Shown: piece after piece, positions 27,171-37,600 of the stretch
How the letters are laid out: each line of letters begins with the position of its first letter
Numbering within the stretch: position 1 is the stretch's first letter
Assembly: GCA_038064875.1 (NCBI GenBank)
Contig: JBBTSC010000001.1
Location: forward strand, 251,004 to 315,003
DNA length: 64,000 nucleotides
Origin: Patescibacteria group bacterium
Lineage (GTDB): Bacteria > Patescibacteriota > Saccharimonadia > Saccharimonadales > 2-12-FULL-41-12
Direction of reading: 5' to 3'
The notes under the pieces: model-generated
Told to the model about the DNA's origin: nothing
The model's input: the letters and a program-made list of their open reading frames with translations, nothing else
Database searches by the model: none
Translations under genes and position numbers: made by a program

Positions 27171-28367
27171 TTACGCCTTGGGTTCTTCTTTTGAATCTTC
27201 TGTTTCTTCGCCGTGTTCTTCAATGGCGCTAAGTAGCCCCGCCTCTAGCTGATCTTTTCGCTTTAGCTTCTGTCCGCCTAGTGGCTTAGATGTTGTCACT
27301 TCTGCATCCTTAGGAACTGTTGGCTCGGCACTGTCAGATACAATATCAATTTCGTAACCCGAAAGCTTGCTGGCTAATCGAACATTTTGCCCACCTTTAC
27401 CAATAGCGATGCTTAGTTGGTCTTCTGCAACACGCACAACTGCTTTTTTGTTCGCTTCGTCGACAATAACGGCAACAGTTTCTGTTGGGCTTAGAGCATT
27501 TTTGATAAATTGCTCTGTACCTTCGTCCCATACAATTATGTCAATCTTCTCGCCATCACCGATCTCACTCATCACAGCGTTGACCCTAGTACCATGTCCA
27601 CCAACAAATGTACCCACTGCATCAACACCAGGAACGCTACTGGTCACCGCAAGCTTAGTACGGATACCGGCTTCTCGTGCGATAGCCTTGATAGACACTG
27701 CTCCGCTTTCCATCTCTGGGACTTCGCCTCTAAATAACCATTCGATAAATTCAGGACATGCCCGTGATACAAGAAGTTGTGGGCCACGTCCACCACGTTC
27801 AATATCTTTGATATAAACTTTAAGTCTTTGACCTGGGTGATATCTTTCACCCTGAATTTGTTCGCTCGGAGGCATAATTGCCTGAGCTTTATCAAGTTCT
27901 ACACGAACCATTCTGCCCTCAACTCGGCCAATGATCGCATTTACTACTGTGCCTATCTTGTCCTGATACTCGTTCATTACGATCTCACGTTCAGCTTCAC
28001 GTAGTCTCTGCATAATGACCTGTTTTGCAGTCTGAGCAGCCACACGCCCAAAGTTCTCTACCTGTCCTGGTATTTCTATTTCGTCACCAACTTTTGCTTT
28101 TGGGTTTGTTTTTTTAGCATCTTCTAAAGTCATTTCTATTGCAGAATCTTCTATTTCCTCCACGACTGTTTTGACAGTGACTACATCCATGTCTCCAGTA
28201 TTTAGGTTAAGAGAGACTCTAACTTCCTGATCTCGTTCTCCAAAGTCACGCCGATAAGCGGCTGCTAAAGCCTGCTCCACAACTTCTTTAACCGCATCTT
28301 CTGATAAATTCTTTTCTGTTGCTATAGAACGTATTACTAGTCCTAGCTGTTTTAAGTCAAGTTCCAT
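27171..28367 (-). CDS. nusA: Transcription termination/antitermination factor NusA
   Basis: N-terminal domain, S1 domain and two KH domains (IGKGGQNVRLASKLSG). It ends in a short acidic C-terminal tail. Confidence 0.95.
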   Translation of the reverse strand: MELDLKQLGLVIRSIATEKNLSEDAVKEVVEQALAAAYRRDFGERDQEVRVSLNLNTGDMDVVTVKTVVEEIEDSAIEMTLEDAKKTNPKAKVGDEIEIPGQVENFGRVAAQTAKQVIMQRLREAEREIVMNEYQDKIGTVVNAIIGRVEGRMVRVELDKAQAIMPPSEQIQGERYHPGQRLKVYIKDIERGGRGPQLLVSRACPEFIEWLFRGEVPEMESGAVSIKAIAREAGIRTKLAVTSSVPGVDAVGTFVGGHGTRVNAVMSEIGDGEKIDIIVWDEGTEQFIKNALSPTETVAVIVDEANKKAVVRVAEDQLSIAIGKGGQNVRLASKLSGYEIDIVSDSAEPTVPKDAEVTTSKPLGGQKLKRKDQLEAGLLSAIEEHGEETEDSKEEPKA

Positions 28368-28455
28368 ATTTCTCCTCGTTTATATTAAAAAATCCGACCT
28401 GCTGGCCGGACAACTTACACATCAATAATAGCACAACTCTACAGACGGAGTCAAT

Positions 28456-28926
28456 TTACTTCAGAACTATGCCTTCACACAACTGCGTTGGGTTGATCAT
28501 TGTTGCGATATAAGCAAATTGTTGTAAATCATTTGGTAAAACCGCCTTTTCGCATGGGACTTCAGCAGGATCCGAGTACACCGCAACAGCAACAGCTAGT
28601 CCACCATAACATAGCAGATTCTCTTCTAGAACTGTACTTTTGGGATTTGGCATAACAACAACTTGTGGCTTTTTCTCTTCACCAAGACTATTAACTATGT
28701 GAAATAAAAACTTACCAGAATAATGTTTTACAAATGCACCAGCTAAACTCCTAGGCACTATTTGTTCTTGAGTTACCCTGGCTGTACTCTCAAAAAACTG
28801 ATCTTTTTCTACCCTAGGTATAGACGGATAAGCGAGTCGTGCGCTCTCAATTTCATCAACGAGTAACTCAAATCCACCTTTTGGTAACTTTCGCCCACTT
28901 ATTCTATCTCGAAAGTTATATGTCAT
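28456..28926 (-). CDS. Hypothetical protein (156 aa) in the position usually held by rimP
   Basis: ORF lies 88 nt upstream of nusA on the same strand. It lacks the RimP signature (no EVSSPG-like motif). Confidence 0.5.
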   Translation of the reverse strand: MTYNFRDRISGRKLPKGGFELLVDEIESARLAYPSIPRVEKDQFFESTARVTQEQIVPRSLAGAFVKHYSGKFLFHIVNSLGEEKKPQVVVMPNPKSTVLEENLLCYGGLAVAVAVYSDPAEVPCEKAVLPNDLQQFAYIATMINPTQLCEGIVLK

Positions 28927-29009
28927 AACGAAAGATTATAATATAACTTTGATAAGCATAAGTCAAGTTTATTTACTTCGTCTTTTGACCTATAATTATA
29001 TGTAAGCAT

Positions 29010-31523
29010 ATGGCAAAAAAAGTAAAAAGGCTGTTTGAACAGTTCTCACCAGATAATTACAATCTTTCTATTGATATCAATGAGGATGATCTTACATTTC
29101 AAGGAAAAGTTGTTATAACAGGCAAAATCAAAGGCAGGCCTAAGAAAAGACTAACGCTCCATCAAAAAGATCTCTCTATATCAAATGCGAGCATATCTCA
29201 TATAGACAAAAAAGGAGCGAAAAAACAGATTGAGATAGATCGAATCAACAAACACGCAAGTTACGACGAAGTTCGCTTGCACACAAAGTCGCTTCTCTAC
29301 TCTGGCAGTGTTGAGATTAACGTCAATTTCTCTGGGAAAATAACAGACCAGATGCATGGCATTTATCCGTGTCACTATAATGAGCACGGACAAAATAAAA
29401 AATTGATTGCTACACAATTTGAGAGCCATCATGCTAGAGAAGTATTCCCATGCATTGATGAACCTGAAGCAAAAGCAACCTTCGACCTAGAGGTCACTGC
29501 GGATGAGAATAGTACTATATTGGGTAATACAAATCCAATAAAATCATCCGTCAATAAAGGTCGACAAAGCGTACTGTTCGGCACAACTCCCCTGATGAGT
29601 ACGTATCTCCTCGCGTGGGTTGTTGGCGAACTTGAGTACATAGAAGCAAAGACTAAAAATAATATTGCCATCAGAACTTATGCGACAAAAGAGCATATTG
29701 ATTCTACAAAATTTGCGCTAGACTTTGCAGTAAAAACGCTTGAATTCTACGAAGATTATTTTGGGATTGCCTACCCTCTTCCAAAATGCGATTTCGTGGC
29801 CTTACCCGACTTTGCAAGTGGCGCCATGGAAAATTGGGGACTTATAACTTTTAGAGAAGAGTGCCTCTACGTTAATGACCAGACTTCACTGCACACCAAA
29901 CAATACGTTGCTATGGTTGTAGCACACGAGTTAGCGCATCAATGGTTCGGCAATCTAGTCACGATGCGTTGGTGGACAGATCTTTGGTTGAATGAAGGAT
30001 TTGCAAGCTGGGTGGAATTTTTGGCAGTCAATAAAATCTTTCCTGAATGGAATATTTGGGATCAATTCCTTAGCGATGAACAACAAAGAGCTCTAAAATT
30101 AGATGCACTTGATAATACACATCCTGTAGAAGTTGAGGTCAATCATCCTGACGAGATTAGAACTATATTTGACACTATCAGTTACAGTAAGGGTGCTAGT
30201 GTCATCCACATGTTAAATAGTTATTTGGGTGATAAGAAATTTCAGAGGGGTCTACAGAACTATTTGAAAAAACATGCCTACGGCAATACCGATACTATTG
30301 ATCTATGGACAGCTCTAGAAGAGACGTCGAAAATGCCGGTTATATCGTTTATGAGTAAGTGGACCAGGAAAAGTGGCTTCCCTGTTGTCATGTCTGACGG
30401 GGATAAGATTTCTCAAGGTCGATTTTTTATTGATCCTGATCACACGAAAGATAACATTACGTGGCCGATACCGCTAGGCATAAACTCAACAATTCTAGAG
30501 ACAAAAGACAGCAAAGCGCACGCAAACGCCATATACAACAAAGACCGAAGCGGTTTTTATAGAACGGTTTATGAAGGCAAAGCCTTGGAGTATGTACTAG
30601 CTCAGTTGAAAGACCTACCTGACATAGCAAGGATGGGGATCATCTCTGACATGGCAGAGTCATCAAAAGCGGGATATGCAAATAGCGTAGATACACTAAA
30701 GATCATTGACTCTCTCAAACAAGAAGAGAGTTACGTGGTATGGGAAGCAATGGTAGGGTTCATATCGAATATGAAGAATGGCATGAAAAGCAAAGAAATT
30801 AATGAACTTATAAAGCCATACAAACTAAAGCTCACTAAAAATAATTATGAGAAGTTAGGCTGGCAACACACTAAAGATGATACTCATCTGCAGAAATTGC
30901 TACGTAGCCTTATCATCGGAGTTAACTGTAGTGCAGACAACCCAGACGCGATAAAAAAATGTCAAGAAGTTTACAGAGATTTTATTGACGGAGAAAAGCC
31001 AATTGACCCAGACATCAGATCTGCAGTGCTTACTACAGTCGCCCGTCATGGAGACCAAGGTACTTTTGATGAGCTCGTAAAAATTCACAATAATTCTACT
31101 TCTAGTGAGGAAAAACACGTTTTGTCTGCAGCACTTACGAACTTTAAGCAAGAGCCCCAGATCACTCAAGCACTGGAAATGATCAGATCGGATCATGTGC
31201 GACTTCAAGACATTGGCCATTGGATAGCTTATGGTTTTGCCAACATCTATGCATTTAAAAGCACTTGGAAATGGGTAAAAGAAAATTGGGATTGGCTAGA
31301 ACAAAACCTAGGTTCGGATATGAGCTTTAGCAGGATGCCAATATACGTGGCAAATCATATTAGCGATAAAAAACTTCTAGAGGACTACTGCAAGTTCTTT
31401 GATGCTAACAATTCAAAGAGCATTGAGAGAGCATATGCCCAAGGGAAGGAGATGATCAACTCCAAAATAGCCTGGCGTGAGCGCGACGAAGTGAAAATCA
31501 AGAACTACTTACAGGAAATTTAG
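29010..31523 (+). CDS. pepN: M1-family aminopeptidase N
   Basis: GAMENWG exopeptidase motif and the zinc site HELAHQWFGNLVTMRWWTDLWLNEGFA (HExxH-18-E). Confidence 0.93.
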   Translation: MAKKVKRLFEQFSPDNYNLSIDINEDDLTFQGKVVITGKIKGRPKKRLTLHQKDLSISNASISHIDKKGAKKQIEIDRINKHASYDEVRLHTKSLLYSGSVEINVNFSGKITDQMHGIYPCHYNEHGQNKKLIATQFESHHAREVFPCIDEPEAKATFDLEVTADENSTILGNTNPIKSSVNKGRQSVLFGTTPLMSTYLLAWVVGELEYIEAKTKNNIAIRTYATKEHIDSTKFALDFAVKTLEFYEDYFGIAYPLPKCDFVALPDFASGAMENWGLITFREECLYVNDQTSLHTKQYVAMVVAHELAHQWFGNLVTMRWWTDLWLNEGFASWVEFLAVNKIFPEWNIWDQFLSDEQQRALKLDALDNTHPVEVEVNHPDEIRTIFDTISYSKGASVIHMLNSYLGDKKFQRGLQNYLKKHAYGNTDTIDLWTALEETSKMPVISFMSKWTRKSGFPVVMSDGDKISQGRFFIDPDHTKDNITWPIPLGINSTILETKDSKAHANAIYNKDRSGFYRTVYEGKALEYVLAQLKDLPDIARMGIISDMAESSKAGYANSVDTLKIIDSLKQEESYVVWEAMVGFISNMKNGMKSKEINELIKPYKLKLTKNNYEKLGWQHTKDDTHLQKLLRSLIIGVNCSADNPDAIKKCQEVYRDFIDGEKPIDPDIRSAVLTTVARHGDQGTFDELVKIHNNSTSSEEKHVLSAALTNFKQEPQITQALEMIRSDHVRLQDIGHWIAYGFANIYAFKSTWKWVKENWDWLEQNLGSDMSFSRMPIYVANHISDKKLLEDYCKFFDANNSKSIERAYAQGKEMINSKIAWRERDEVKIKNYLQEI

Positions 31524-31867
31524 CTATATACGTCTTCGATGAAGTTGATTATATAGTCTTCACCAGAGACTTCTGCAACTGATAGCGTGTACTGCCCATC
31601 CCACTGATTTTGGGCAACCCAAGCTCCAGCTGATCGCTCCATTTGCTTCAACTTAGTATGGCCAACTACTTCAAAACCTCCACCTTGCTGGTTAGTAGCC
31701 CGATACTTAACTTCAACAAAAAATATTGTTTTAAGTTTTTGAGCAATAATATCTATCTCACAGAATTTAGTTTTCCAGTTTTGTTTTAAAATTTTATAGC
31801 CATTTTTAGATAAATAGCTACAGACCCTATCTTCAGCCTCTGCTCCTACTAAATTATGCTTTGCCAC
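31520..31867 (-). CDS. YraN-family (UPF0102) endonuclease-like protein
   Basis: 115 aa with GAEAEDRVCSYLSKNGYKIL...EIDIIA...FVEVKYR, a typical PD-(D/E)xK YraN layout. Confidence 0.85.
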   Translation of the reverse strand: MAKHNLVGAEAEDRVCSYLSKNGYKILKQNWKTKFCEIDIIAQKLKTIFFVEVKYRATNQQGGGFEVVGHTKLKQMERSAGAWVAQNQWDGQYTLSVAEVSGEDYIINFIEDVYS

Positions 31868-31879
31868 CTAGTTTGAAAA

Positions 31880-32422
31880 TTATTTTCCTGTTTTTTCTTC
31901 TGTATCTTTAGATTCAGTAGACTGCTCTTCAGCTTTATCTGTCTTTTCTTCGATTTTGTCTTCTACTTCTTCTGGCTTTTGAGATTCTTTTTGTTCTTCT
32001 TGGGCTTCCTCGGGCTTTGCTTCTTCTTTTTTATCTTCTTTAACTTCTGGAATAGCATTTACGCCAGCTCGGTCAAAGTCAACACCTGATAGTCGAGCAG
32101 ACTTACCGCTTCGAGCTCTAATGTAACTAAGATAATTTCTACGAACTTTGCTACGCTTTGTAACTTCTAACTTCACAACCAGTGGGCTATGAACTAGATA
32201 TGTCTTCTCTACGCCAACACCACTCGCTACTTTTCTCACAGTTATTGAGCTCGTATGGCTTTTTGTCCGTGAAGTACGAATAACAAGACCTTCAAATACC
32301 TGAATACGCTCTTTATTGCCTTCTTTAATCTTTTGGTGAACACGAACAGTATCGCCACTTTTAACGTCAACCACATGTGGTTTCTTATATTTCGCATTGA
32401 TCTTGTCAATAACTGACTGCAT
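31880..32422 (-). CDS. rplS: 50S ribosomal protein L19 with a Lys/Glu-rich C-terminal extension
   Basis: L19 core (GDTVRVHQKIKEGNKERIQVFEGLVI) followed by a charged tail of about 60 aa. A TTGATA-N17-TACAAT promoter and a GAGG Shine-Dalgarno sequence lie upstream. Confidence 0.95.
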   Translation of the reverse strand: MQSVIDKINAKYKKPHVVDVKSGDTVRVHQKIKEGNKERIQVFEGLVIRTSRTKSHTSSITVRKVASGVGVEKTYLVHSPLVVKLEVTKRSKVRRNYLSYIRARSGKSARLSGVDFDRAGVNAIPEVKEDKKEEAKPEEAQEEQKESQKPEEVEDKIEEKTDKAEEQSTESKDTEEKTGK

Positions 32423-32490
32423 AAATTTGACTGCCTCAAACTTTAATTTATAAAATCTTTAGTTAATTGTATCAAAAACCTCTGATAATA

Positions 32491-34089
32491 TCAACCCACT
32501 ACTCGGAAAACTTCCTCAAGCGTAGTGTGCCCAGCTAGTACTTTGAGTATTCCGTCGTGCATCATGGTGCGCATGCCTTCTGAAACTGCTTGCTCCTCAA
32601 GCATCGTTGAAGTCAGAGTATTTGGTGGCTGTCGAAGCAACTTCTGAACACCTGGTGTCATTTGAAGTTGCTCGCGAATCGCAATCTGCCCGGTGAACCC
32701 AAATGGGTTTTCAACTGATTTGCCTGCTTTATAAAGCTTGATATTACTAAGGTCTGGCTTGGCCAAGTCTGGCGGAAAAGTATCGATTATACTCTGGAGT
32801 TGCGCTTTTAGTGCTTCATCCGGCACATATTCTACCTTTGTGCTGTCATCTAATCTTCTAACCAAACGTTGCGCCATAATCAGGTGCATAGCACTCGCAA
32901 ACAGAGGATTTATACCGATAGCATCCAGCATCCTCATCAAAGCAGCTGAAGTAGAAGATGCGTGGAATGTGCTAAGAACTAAATGTCCAGTCAAAGCTGC
33001 CTGGAGCGCAGTCCGAGCTGTGTCTTGATCACGAATCTCACCTATCATAACCACGTCAGGGTCGAGACGAAGAACAGCTCTAAGCTTCTCTGCAAAACCC
33101 TCCTTATTGGTGTCTCCATGCACTGGAATCTGCACTACACCTGGTAAAAAGTATTCGACAGGATCTTCCAAAGTGATAATTTTCCTTTCAGGAGAATTTA
33201 GTGTATTTATTAGAGAATACAGTGTTGTCGTCTTACCCGATCCAGTTGGGCCCACCACCATAACCATGCCAGAAGGATGCGCGATGACATCGTCAACTGT
33301 TTTTCGCTCAAAGTCGCTCAAGCCCAGTTTATCAAGTGATAAAAATTCTAACTTCAAGTTGAATAGTCTCATAACCACATCCTGACCATAGATAGTCGGT
33401 ACCGTTTCTACACGCAAGTTTACGGTGACTTCTTCTCCTGTGGCAAGCTTGTAGGTCTTGTTAATATGGCCTGTCTGCGTATCACCACTAGCGCTACTGA
33501 CATTTGCAGCAATTGCGATAGAAGATAGTACTTGGCGATATTTTTCGTGGGAAAGCTCTGCGACTGGGTGCAAAACTCCGTCTACACGAAGTCTAACCCT
33601 CACTGCTTTTTCTTGATTTTCAAGGTGTATATCAGAGCTTTTAAGCTTGTAGGCTTGCTTTACTAAATAAGCTAGGACATCGTCAGCTAATACTTGCGTC
33701 AACGTTGCAGTAACCTGCGCAAACAGATCATCTTGCGATTCATTTGATAGTTTCACGTCCTGATACACTACCTGTTTTGGTGGGTCATATAGCCTAATAT
33801 ACTCAGCAAACCCACTATCTGATATTAGCGAAAAGGTAACCCTATGATCCAGAAACCTATTCTTCAGTTGATTCATCGTCTGATGAGATGTCGTATTTGT
33901 TACCCCAAAAAGTGCGTGATGTGTATCAACGTTGATTGGGATCGCTTTGTATTTCTTTAGCTCATCTGCTGTTAGAAAATCTTTGAACAACGGTTTCTCG
34001 CTGTTATAAGTATTTAGATAGGACATGCCAAGAATCTGGGCCCTGCGCTGGACTGCTTGTTCTTCAATAGCTCTACCGTCTTGACTCAT
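32491..34089 (-). CDS. Type II/IV secretion or type IV pilus assembly ATPase (GspE/PilB family)
   Basis: 532 aa with Walker A GPTGSGKTT, the Asp box, Walker B (VVMIGEIRD) and the His box region. AAAGGTGGG Shine-Dalgarno sequence upstream. Confidence 0.9.
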   Translation of the reverse strand: MSQDGRAIEEQAVQRRAQILGMSYLNTYNSEKPLFKDFLTADELKKYKAIPINVDTHHALFGVTNTTSHQTMNQLKNRFLDHRVTFSLISDSGFAEYIRLYDPPKQVVYQDVKLSNESQDDLFAQVTATLTQVLADDVLAYLVKQAYKLKSSDIHLENQEKAVRVRLRVDGVLHPVAELSHEKYRQVLSSIAIAANVSSASGDTQTGHINKTYKLATGEEVTVNLRVETVPTIYGQDVVMRLFNLKLEFLSLDKLGLSDFERKTVDDVIAHPSGMVMVVGPTGSGKTTTLYSLINTLNSPERKIITLEDPVEYFLPGVVQIPVHGDTNKEGFAEKLRAVLRLDPDVVMIGEIRDQDTARTALQAALTGHLVLSTFHASSTSAALMRMLDAIGINPLFASAMHLIMAQRLVRRLDDSTKVEYVPDEALKAQLQSIIDTFPPDLAKPDLSNIKLYKAGKSVENPFGFTGQIAIREQLQMTPGVQKLLRQPPNTLTSTMLEEQAVSEGMRTMMHDGILKVLAGHTTLEEVFRVVG

Positions 34090-34184
34090 TTCCCACCTTT
34101 TCTCGCAGTTTTTTGTATATTATTCACTGTATATTTAACCATAACCGAAGCATTTATCCAAGATGTAATATACTATATCCTAAG

Positions 34185-34679
34185 ATGATAGATTTAATCT
34201 TAGTTGCGCACAATATTCGTAGTATTCATAACGTTGGCTCACTACTCCGCACGGCTGAGTGCTTGGGCGTCAAAACTGTCTATTTAACTGGCTATACTCC
34301 CTACCCAAAAATTAAAAATGATCCACGTTTGCCACACCTTGCAAAAAAGATTGATTCTCAAATGGCAAAAACATCTTTAGAAGCTGAGAAATTTCTAAAT
34401 ATCGTACCAAATCTCACTTTAGAAGAGTGCTTGGATGAACTCACCAAGCAGGGTTACTCAGTAGTTGGCTTGGAGCAGACAAATAGCTCCCTTAATCTGA
34501 AAGATTATCGGGCGTCCAGCAAAACTGCACTGATAGTTGGCAATGAAAGATACGGCTTGGACGAAGAAGCATTGCAACTTTGTAAACAAACAATAGAAAT
34601 ACCTATTAGAGGTAAAAAAGAATCCCTAAACGTAGTCCAGGCAACAGCAATAGCTATCTACAAATTGAGCTATTTATAA
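34185..34679 (+). CDS. SpoU/TrmH-family RNA 2'-O-methyltransferase
   Basis: SPOUT motifs (NIRSIHNVGSLLRTAECLGV, LIVGNERYGL, IPIRGKKESLNVVQATAIAIY). ATG 34185 is preferred over the track start at 34113 because homology begins at MIDLILVAHN. Confidence 0.85.
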   Translation: MIDLILVAHNIRSIHNVGSLLRTAECLGVKTVYLTGYTPYPKIKNDPRLPHLAKKIDSQMAKTSLEAEKFLNIVPNLTLEECLDELTKQGYSVVGLEQTNSSLNLKDYRASSKTALIVGNERYGLDEEALQLCKQTIEIPIRGKKESLNVVQATAIAIYKLSYL

Positions 34680-37600
34680 ACCACATTATCAAGTCCAAAT
34701 AGAGCTTGAGACTCTTTGATCAGATTTTCTTCTGGTTCTACTTTATTTGGTAGTTTTATAATCTGTCTGTCTTGACCATCGCCAACCACCAACACAACTT
34801 CCGTCTGCCCAGGCACTTGGTCAATATTCTTCTTTAGTTTAGCCAAAGCATCAATATCTGAAGTATCTTTCATCTTTATATAGATTCTTTGGTCAGGCTG
34901 TTTTTCCGGAACGCTGGTTTGTGATTTTGCTGGTTTTTTTATCTTTGAGCCAACTTTTGGCACACGGAGTGTCTTGCCCGTAGGCTGATAGTTAACTGCT
35001 TGAGTATGTGTAACTTCTCTAACGTCATCAACAATTATCTTCAGATCTGTCTCTTGGTCATTCTGATCATAGCCACTTACTTTGCCGTCCACTAGAACCA
35101 CTTTATCTTTTTCCCAAATCCCGAGAGTCTTCTGATACGCACCAGGGAAAACTATCAGCTCAATACTGGAACCAACGTCACCTAGTTCGATAAATACCAT
35201 TTTCTGGCCCTTCTTCGTGGTAATTTCCTTAAAACTATCAATACTCCCACCTATCCGAACGGATTTGTTGTTATGATCATGTGTGAGCTGGTCAAGTGAT
35301 ATTGTTTGCTCAGCTAGAAAGTCTTTATAGTCATCGAGTGGGTGACTACTCAAGAAAATACCCAGCAATTCACGTTCCCAGATTAGTTGCTCTCTGGTAC
35401 TCGGCTTTTGCTTTGATTCATCAAGCGTTATAGTGTGAACACTTGCCACCCCAGAGGGGTTATCTAGGCCGAATAATCCAATCTGTCCAGATTCTTTGTC
35501 CTTTTGTGCTTTTTGACTGAAAGCAACTATTGTATCAACATTGTTGTAAAGGGTCGCTCTATCACCGAATTGGTCTAGAGCACCTGCTTTGATCAGACTC
35601 TCTATGGCTTTTTTGTTGACGAATCTCGAGCTAACACGCGTTAGAAAATCTTCTAGACTAGAGAATTTAGCTTCTGTTCTTGCTCTAACAATCTCTTCTG
35701 AAGCAGATTGGCCGACATTTTTAACTGCGTTAAGGCCAAATCGTATCGCTTCTTTGCCGCCACTCTCCACAACTCCAAATTCAGCAAAAGATTCATTAAC
35801 GTCAGGTGACAGAACTTCAATCCCATGGCTCCTAGCATCTGCTATATCAATAGCTAGCTTATCAGCATCATCATAATTGCTTGTCATAAGCGACGCCATA
35901 AAGGCAGCTGGATAATGTGCTTTTAGGTACGCAGTCCAGTAAGATATTAGTCCGTAACTAGCGGCATGGGATTTGTTAAAACAGTAATCAGCAAAGCCGA
36001 GCAAATCTTGCCAGAATTTTTCGATAACTTTTCTATCAATACCTGATGTAGTAATCGCACCCTCGATGAATTCTTTTTCCATCTTTACCATAACGCTTTT
36101 AATCTTCTTACCTATAGCTTTTCGGAGCGTGTCGGCCTGACCGCCCGTAAAACCACAGAGATCTTTTGAGATCTGCATAACCTGCTCTTGATAGACCAGT
36201 ACTCCATATGTCGATTTCAGAGATTCTTTCATCTTTTCATGCACAAAACTAATTTTTTCAACACCGGTTTTTCTCTTTATGTAGCTGTCCGTCAGTCCAG
36301 CCCCCAAAGGACCAGGTCGATACAATGCAACCATCGCAATGATGTCATCAAATACTGTCGGCTTCAGCTCTTTTAAATACCGACGCATACCAGCGGATTC
36401 TAGCTGGAAAACTCCAGTAGTTTCTCCCCTCTGCAACAACTCATAAGTCTTTTTGTCATCCATAGGTATTTTGCCAATATCAACATCTGTGTCATACACT
36501 TTTTTAACAATCCTCAGAGTATTTTTGATTATAGTTAAGTTAGAAAGCCCCAGAAAATCCATCTTGAGTAGCCCTATTTCCTCTATGGGTCCCATGGAAT
36601 ACTGAGTAGCAACGACTCCTTTTTGAGCCATTTCAAGTGGAGTGTATTTAACGATATCCTCTGGTGCTATCACAACTCCGGCTGCATGAACACCATGTGA
36701 CCGAATAGTGCCTTCTAGCTTAATCGCTAGATCAAAAACTACTTTTGTCTGGTCGTTTGACTCATATTCACGCTTGAGTTCTGCATCATCCACTAGTGAT
36801 TTTTCCAAGGGGATATGACGACCTTGCACAGGAGGTGGAATCATTTTGGCAAGGCGATCAGATTCGGCGTATGGAACCTCCAAGACTCTGGCAACATCAC
36901 GGACGGCATTACGAGCAGCCATACGGCCAAACGTCACGATATTAGCAACGCGCTCTTCGCCATATTTGTTAACACAATACTGAATCACCTCATCTCTTCG
37001 GCTATCTTGAATATCAATATCAATATCAGGCATGCTAATACGATCTGGATTCAAAAACCTCTCAAACAGCAACCCATATTCAAGCGGGTTGATATCAGTT
37101 ATTTTAAGAGCGTATGAAATTATAGAACCAGCTGCACTACCACGACCAGGCCCAAATACAATTCCCTGGTCTTTACCCCAGTTTACAAAATCTGCGATGA
37201 TCAACATGTAGCCAGAAAAGCCCATTTTTTCAATTACACCCAGTTCAAATTCTGTCCTAGATAGAACTTCTTCTGACAAAAGTTTCTTTGCTTCTGAATT
37301 GGATAATTTCTTCGCTTTTGATTCTTCAACTGCACCAAATCGCCATGCAAGTCCACCGTATACTAATTTTTCCAAATAACTTTTTTCTGTCTGACCTTGT
37401 GGCACGGGAAATTTTGGAATCAAGATTTTTCCAAGCTCAATACTAACATCACATCTATCAGCAATTTCTTTAGTATTTAGGATAGACTCTGGATGCTCAT
37501 CACCCCACCTATCAATTACTTCAGATGGCTCAGCTACATGTAGATGAAAATCTTTGAGACTCATCCTATTTGTATCTGACAAAAAGCTAGCAGTTTGTAC

